Below the pieces are notes generated by a model. The model did no database searches, was not told where the DNA came from, and saw nothing but the letters and a program-made list of their open reading frames with translations. The position numbers and the translations under genes are program-made. Below are positions 47,356-52,262 of a DNA stretch of 52,262 nt, in pieces. The DNA is taken from contig JAZLKX010000029.1 in assembly GCA_045597865.1 (NCBI GenBank), positions 1-52,262 on the forward strand. The letters are read 5' to 3'. How positions within the stretch are numbered: position 1 is the stretch's first letter; every line of letters starts with the position of its first letter. This DNA is from Bacilli bacterium. GTDB lineage: Bacteria > Bacillota_I > Bacilli_A > RFN20 > CAG-826.

Positions 47356-47439
47356 TGGTGGGCGAGGACAGATTTGAACTGCCGAACCCGAAGGAACTGA
47401 TTTACAGTCAGCCGCGTTTGGCCACTTCGCTACTCGCCC
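47356..47439 (-). tRNA. tRNA-Tyr(GTA)
   Basis: Loop CTGTAAA, long variable arm, encoded CCA. Confidence 0.95.
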
Positions 47440-47459
47440 AAGACTATTTCACGTTTAGA

Positions 47460-47535
47460 TGGTGGATGTTAAGAGGCTCGAACTCCTGACCCCCGCCGTG
47501 TAAAGGCGATGCTCTCCCAACTGAGCTAAACATCC
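47460..47535 (-). tRNA. tRNA-Val(TAC)
   Basis: GGATGTT/AACATCC acceptor, loop TTTACAC, encoded CCA. Confidence 0.95.
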
Positions 47536-47561
47536 ACAGTTACACAAAAACGTGCTGTATA

Positions 47562-47590
47562 AATATATCATTATGATATAAGTTAGTCAA
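47562..47590 (-). promoter_or_regulatory. Sigma-A promoter for tRNA Val-Tyr-Gln unit
   Basis: TTGACT-17nt-TATATT with TGn extension. Confidence 0.65.
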
Positions 47591-47596
47591 ATAAAA

Positions 47597-48877
47597 TTAG
47601 TAACCTTTTTTACCTAAAAGGCTAAACATGTTTTTCTTATAGATTTCAACGCCTGGTTGATTAAATGGGTTAACACCAAGTAAATATGCAGACATTGCAC
47701 ATGTTTTTTCAAAGAAATAGAAGAGATAACCTAAGGTTTCTGCATCAAGAGTTTCAACTTTGATAACTACGTTAGGAACTTTTGCAGTTTCAGAGTGAGC
47801 TGCTAATGTTCCCTTGAATGCTTTCTCATTAACAAAGTCCATATTTTTACCAGCAAGGTAATTTAATTGATCGCCATCATCTTCACATTCTGGGATGATA
47901 ACTTCATTTTGAGACTTGTTGATAAATAGAACAGTTTCAAAGAATTTTGGTGTTCCATCTTGAATAAATTGACCTAATGAATGGAGGTCTGTTGAGAAGG
48001 TTGCAGAATCTGGAAGTAGACCCTTGTGTTCTTTACCTTCTGACTCACCAAATAATTGTTTAAACCATTCACCTAATTGAACTAATCTTGGTTCATAAGT
48101 TACAAACATTTCTGTAGCTTTTCCGTGTCTATATTGGTAGTCACGAATAACAGCATATTTGTAAGCTTCATTTTCTAAAATATTAGGGTTTCTGAGGGTA
48201 TTTTCAGCGTTTTTTGCGCCTTTTATCATTGCTTTGATGTCAATTCCAGCACATGCAATTGGGAACAAACCAACAGGTGTAAGAACTGAATAACGACCAC
48301 CAACATTGCCTGGTAAATCGAATGTGACATAACCTTCTTTTTCTGCAACATTATGAAGTGCTCCTTTATGAGAATCTGTTGTTGCAAAAATAGCTTCTTT
48401 TGCTTTCTTTTCACCATACTTTTTAACAAGTAAATTTTTGAGTAATCTAAATGAAATAGATGTTTCGGTGGTGGTACCAGATTTTGAAATTACATTTACT
48501 GCAAATTTCTTGTCTTCTAAATATTTTAATGTTTCAGCGATATAATCGCTTGAGAATGTTTGACCCATGAAAATAATTTCTAATTTTCCTATTGGGTGGA
48601 GACCATTAATTGCTTCAATAGCAGCACGCGCTCCTAAATAGGAGCCGCCAATTCCGCAAACAACTAAAACGTCATAATTCTTACGGACTTTTTCTGCTTC
48701 AGCAATAATTCTATCGACTTCTTTTTCATCGATATGGCTTGGAAGATCTTCCCAACCAAGGAAATCATTTCCGGCGCTTGTTCTTGCATTGATTGCATCG
48801 TTAATTTTATTAACTTTCTTTTGATAGGATTTGTAATTTACACTTTTTCCTAAGTGTTTGTCGCATACTTTAATCAT
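47597..48877 (-). CDS. pgi: Glucose-6-phosphate isomerase
   Basis: GIGGSYLG, ISKSGTTTET, VGGRYSV, QLFGESEGK, NPFNQPGVE.YK. Confidence 0.97.
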   Translation of the reverse strand: MIKVCDKHLGKSVNYKSYQKKVNKINDAINARTSAGNDFLGWEDLPSHIDEKEVDRIIAEAEKVRKNYDVLVVCGIGGSYLGARAAIEAINGLHPIGKLEIIFMGQTFSSDYIAETLKYLEDKKFAVNVISKSGTTTETSISFRLLKNLLVKKYGEKKAKEAIFATTDSHKGALHNVAEKEGYVTFDLPGNVGGRYSVLTPVGLFPIACAGIDIKAMIKGAKNAENTLRNPNILENEAYKYAVIRDYQYRHGKATEMFVTYEPRLVQLGEWFKQLFGESEGKEHKGLLPDSATFSTDLHSLGQFIQDGTPKFFETVLFINKSQNEVIIPECEDDGDQLNYLAGKNMDFVNEKAFKGTLAAHSETAKVPNVVIKVETLDAETLGYLFYFFEKTCAMSAYLLGVNPFNQPGVEIYKKNMFSLLGKKGY

Positions 48878-48878
48878 C

Positions 48879-49241
48879 TTATTTACCTTCTTTCGCTGAC
48901 TTAATCCATTCTGGTAATTTTTCTTTTAACCCTGAAAAATCAATAAACTCTGGGTCGATTTTCATCTTTTTAATACCATTTTTATGGTATTCTTCTTTTT
49001 CTTCTTCGGTAATTTTTGACATTGAAAGTTTCAAAAATCCATCGTCTTCAATACCAATTACCTTTACTTGATAGGTTTTACCTATTTTTAAATATTTTTT
49101 GATATTTCTAATGAAGGTATTGGCAATTTCTGAAATATGAAGTAATCCTTTTCTTCCATCACTAAAAATCATCATTGCGCCGAAGTCACGAATGTTGATA
49201 ATTGTACCTTCAATAATATCGTTTACTTTGTATTCTGTCAT
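48879..49241 (-). CDS. S1 RNA-binding domain protein (YugI-like)
   Basis: EG.I..I.DFGA......GLLHISEI..., VKVI.......KLS; C-terminal F..LKEKLPEWI; adjacent to pgi. Confidence 0.88.
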   Translation of the reverse strand: MTEYKVNDIIEGTIINIRDFGAMMIFSDGRKGLLHISEIANTFIRNIKKYLKIGKTYQVKVIGIEDDGFLKLSMSKITEEEKEEYHKNGIKKMKIDPEFIDFSGLKEKLPEWIKSAKEGK

Positions 49242-49909
49242 TTTATAAATGTCTCTAAATAATTAACGTCCTCAATTGTAGTTAGCTTTGCTAATTTTTT
49301 GCTTCCTAACACTAATTTGACTTGCATAAGTGTTCTCATCACTAATGAGCAATCATCTGTTGCAAGGCTGTCAGTAGCAAGTTTATGAGCTTCGCTAATT
49401 ACAGCATATTTGAACGCTTGAGGAGTTTGAATTTTAACTAAATTTGTGCGGTCTGCAAATCCTGCAATATGTTCTTCAAAATCAGAGAACGCAACAGTGT
49501 CTTCCATAGGAAGGAATGTTGTTACGGCAGCAGCAGATTTAGCTGCTTCCACTGTACGTTCGATAATTTCTTCATCAAGAAGTGGACGAGCACCATCGTG
49601 AATTAAAACTATGTCGTCTGGATCTGCATTGATACATTTTAATCCTGCTTCAACTGAAAGTTGTCTAGTTTCTCCACCTAAGCATAATTGAACATTATTT
49701 AATTTGTTTTCCTTAATGAAATCAGAAATTTGTGATTGACTATCATTATTTGAAACAACAATAACTTCATCAATAATTTTGCTTTTAGCAAGTGAGAGAA
49801 GTGGGTAAGTAAATACCGGTTTACCTTTTAGTAAAAAGACTTGTTTCGAAATTTTATTTTCAAAACGAGTAGACTTTCCAGCTACTAGAAGGATTGCAAA
49901 TGTTTTCAT
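49238..49909 (-). CDS. ispD: 2-C-methyl-D-erythritol 4-phosphate cytidylyltransferase (IspD/TarI family)
   Basis: AG.S.R...KQ, GG.TRQ.SV, VLIHDGARP, QTPQAF, TDD, KLTT.ED. Confidence 0.9.
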   Translation of the reverse strand: MKTFAILLVAGKSTRFENKISKQVFLLKGKPVFTYPLLSLAKSKIIDEVIVVSNNDSQSQISDFIKENKLNNVQLCLGGETRQLSVEAGLKCINADPDDIVLIHDGARPLLDEEIIERTVEAAKSAAAVTTFLPMEDTVAFSDFEEHIAGFADRTNLVKIQTPQAFKYAVISEAHKLATDSLATDDCSLVMRTLMQVKLVLGSKKLAKLTTIEDVNYLETFIK

Positions 49910-49912
49910 ATT

Positions 49913-50758
49913 TTAATCAGAGAGTTCTTTTTTAAGAAGCTCTTCTTCCTCTTGTTTTAATTTTGCAATAATTGCACGGCTGTCAATAAAGGCTTTGATT
50001 GTTCTATCAAGTTTAGAACCTTCACGATAATCTCCAACTGCAGCGTAGTTGATTCTTCCGCCTTTAAGGAGTTTCTTCATGTTGCCTTTTTCGCCTTTGC
50101 CATAAATGGCAATTGAACGTCCGCCGTTGTTTTTAACAAGTTGCATACATGGAACATCAGTCATTCCATCACCAAGATAAATCATATTTTCGTATGGAAT
50201 TCTGTGGTTCTTTTCTTTCTCATTTACCTTCTTATCGTCAGTGACGTCATAAGCGCCTTTTGAAATTCTAAAGAAGAATTGAGTTTTTTGCGTGTAGTTG
50301 ATGGCGAGTTTTGGCCAGATTGGTTCATCTGTTTCTGGATCGAAATAGAATTCACAACCATAGGCTTCTTTAAATTCTTTAAAGATGCTACAGCCTTCAA
50401 CAATTTCTTTTGTTCCGCTACTTACTAAGTAGTGCTCGATGACAACTCCGTGTTCTTTTCCGTATTTATTAATACGTTTGAACCAACTTTCAACACCTGG
50501 GAAGTATTCAATGTTCTTACCCATTTCGTTGAGTAACTTTCTTGTCAAATGGATACCTTTTTCTTTTGCGAGGTGGACCATTGTGTACATATAAGAAAGA
50601 ATTCTTTCGCATCCAGATTTCTTGGCAAATTCGCCAGTGGCAGCCCAGAATTCATCTGGAGTCATGCCTAAAGAAGGAATGAATCCGTAATCTTGCATGT
50701 CACTTTTTGACAAGGTTGAGTCGAAGTCATACATGATTGCAATAATTGGTTTTTTCAT
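49913..50758 (-). CDS. HAD-superfamily hydrolase
   Basis: YDFDSTL, VSSG, YLGDG.TD.P; start at ATG 50758 with GAGG upstream. Confidence 0.88.
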   Translation of the reverse strand: MKKPIIAIMYDFDSTLSKSDMQDYGFIPSLGMTPDEFWAATGEFAKKSGCERILSYMYTMVHLAKEKGIHLTRKLLNEMGKNIEYFPGVESWFKRINKYGKEHGVVIEHYLVSSGTKEIVEGCSIFKEFKEAYGCEFYFDPETDEPIWPKLAINYTQKTQFFFRISKGAYDVTDDKKVNEKEKNHRIPYENMIYLGDGMTDVPCMQLVKNNGGRSIAIYGKGEKGNMKKLLKGGRINYAAVGDYREGSKLDRTIKAFIDSRAIIAKLKQEEEELLKKELSD

Positions 50759-50775
50759 AATGTTACCTCGCATAA

Positions 50776-50804
50776 ACTTTACTAAATAGTAATTACAATG
50801 TCAA
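50776..50804 (-). promoter_or_regulatory. Sigma-A promoter of HAD-ispD-S1-pgi operon
   Basis: TTGACA-17nt-TAAAGT. Confidence 0.6.
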
Positions 50805-50858
50805 ATAATAACAATTGGCAATTTATAATGCCAATTACTTGTGGGTATGTAAGCAACA

Positions 50859-50882
50859 AAAAAGAGAGACATTAGTCTCTCT
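50859..50882 (-). terminator. Terminator after tRNA-Leu(GAG)
   Basis: AGAGAGAC-ATTA-GTCTCTCT with T tract on minus strand. Confidence 0.7.
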
Positions 50883-50892
50883 AAATTATCAA

Positions 50893-50977
<85 letters not shown>

Positions 50978-51047
50978 GGCGAGGGTTATTATAGGTTTGC
51001 TTTTTTAGGTTTGCAATTTCTTTTGTAAAAAGAGTGATAAATAAATT

Positions 51048-51070
51048 AAAAACCCCGTTTTGAACGGGGC
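51048..51070 (-). terminator. Terminator of mgtE
   Basis: CCCCGTT-TTG-AACGGGG with T tract on minus strand. Confidence 0.7.
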
Positions 51071-51077
51071 TTAATCA

Positions 51078-52262
51078 TCAATGCTCTATGAGATGGAAGA
51101 TGTTATCTATTAGTAACGTTGCCACCGCCCAATAAACGAGCAATGTCGAGACGTCCATGACAGTGGTAAGCATTGGCTGGGCAAGAAGAGCTGGGTCCTT
51201 TTTGACGGCTGCGGCGCCCATGCAAAGCAAGGTGCCAATGCATTTAGAGACCGTAACGGCGAAGAACATGGCTGTTGCGACCGTCCCTCCAACGGCTAGA
51301 GCGTGAAGGAAGAAGTCTAGCGAATCGGCATGAGTGAAGGCGCTGCCGTCCCAAATGATTATATGAGAGAACTTTTCGTTAACGACGATGCCAGTATATT
51401 GCTCGATCATTATCCATATAAAGGTGAAGACCGAGACGAAGGCGGCGATAACTAAGGCGCTTCTGAATTCTTTCCACAAAACTTTCATTGTTTGTTTTGG
51501 CCCGAATTCTTGAGTAGCTAATCCACGTATCATCATGCCCGTCGTTTGGCCGCCGGAATTGCCGGCCGTGTCCATAAGGGCGGGGACGAATGAGACTAGA
51601 ATTGGCATCGCGGTGAAGATCGCGCTTCCTTCCAAACGATTAAGGACCAATGTTACAAAGGTTCCCAAAACGAGAAGGGCGATGATCCAAGGGAAACATT
51701 TTTTGGCGTTATCCCAAACGCTCATCTCCATATACGGCTGATCGCTAGCCGCCATGTTGGTCATGTGGGCTAAGTCTTCGGCGTTTTCCTCAGCCATGAC
51801 ATCGACCGCGTCGTCGACGGTGATGATACCCACCAATCTATCGTCGTCGTTTAAGACGGCAAGGGCCGTTAAGTCATAACGGCGGAATATGTTGGCGACT
51901 TCCTCTTTGTCGGTTGAGGCGGTAACGCTTTGAACGTCCACGTTCATGATGTCTTCAAGGGTTTGGCTCTTTTTGGCGAAGATCAAGTCGTCCAAGTCGA
52001 CTGTGCCGACGAATTCCCTTGTTTTGTCTCTAACGAAGATGGTGTAGATGGTTTCGGCATCTTTTCCTTTTTCGCGGATGATATCAATCGCATCGTCGAC
52101 TTTGGTGCTTTTGACCATTTCCAAGTATTCGGTGGTCATGATTGAGCCGGCGGTACCTTCTTTATAACGTAATAATTGGTTAATGTCCGCTCTCATCTCT
52201 TTGTCGGCGGCTTTTAAGACCCTCTGAGCTAAGTTGGCTGGGAGGTCTCCGACAACGTCGGC
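51078..52262 (-). CDS. mgtE: Magnesium transporter MgtE (5'-partial, runs off window)
   Basis: TAGSIMT, tandem CBS, GIITVDD, P.LM.TAGN.G.Q, DPA....P.LTT..D; frame is open to 52262 (ADVVGDLPAN...). Confidence 0.95.
   Translation of the reverse strand, partial: ADVVGDLPANLAQRVLKAADKEMRADINQLLRYKEGTAGSIMTTEYLEMVKSTKVDDAIDIIREKGKDAETIYTIFVRDKTREFVGTVDLDDLIFAKKSQTLEDIMNVDVQSVTASTDKEEVANIFRRYDLTALAVLNDDDRLVGIITVDDAVDVMAEENAEDLAHMTNMAASDQPYMEMSVWDNAKKCFPWIIALLVLGTFVTLVLNRLEGSAIFTAMPILVSFVPALMDTAGNSGGQTTGMMIRGLATQEFGPKQTMKVLWKEFRSALVIAAFVSVFTFIWIMIEQYTGIVVNEKFSHIIIWDGSAFTHADSLDFFLHALAVGGTVATAMFFAVTVSKCIGTLLCMGAAAVKKDPALLAQPMLTTVMDVSTLLVYWAVATLLIDNIFHLIEH

Overview
Low-GC, standard-genetic-code (table 11) chromosomal segment of a genome-reduced Bacilli/Mollicutes-like bacterium (taxon is inference: condensed Bacillus-type synteny, ponA/gpsA/rpsA absent from their usual positions). 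It starts in the 3' part of an ISL3 element, then carries hit, two large tandem lipoproteins (one with a clear parvulin/PrsA-type domain), sufCDSUB-mnmG-rsmG, an FMN riboswitch with ribU, a 55-aa ferredoxin missed by the ORF track, cmk-der, HU, a truncated CCA-adding enzyme, dnaD-nth, recU, gpsB-rnpB-pgsA-cinA(C)-recA, rny-ymdB-miaB-ymcA-miaA-tcdA, fhs, a pair of fused ABC exporters, csp, ychF-ispF, argS-rpoE-nrnA-cysQ-5'-nucleotidase, nfu, an RQC gene plus an HTH-membrane protein, seven tRNAs, a HAD-ispD-S1-pgi operon and a partial mgtE. Most notable: (1) an identical bipartite motif TTTTATCGGAAA-N11-CCTGAAAT in front of both recA and the ABC-exporter pair, a candidate undescribed regulon or alternative-sigma promoter; (2) RNase P RNA whose 5' end lies inside the gpsB coding sequence; (3) the giant PrsA-like lipoprotein pair; (4) a head/neck-only CCA enzyme; (5) a hybrid tRNA-Leu marking an abrupt GC shift at the right end. 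No CRISPR array, prophage or rRNA was seen.
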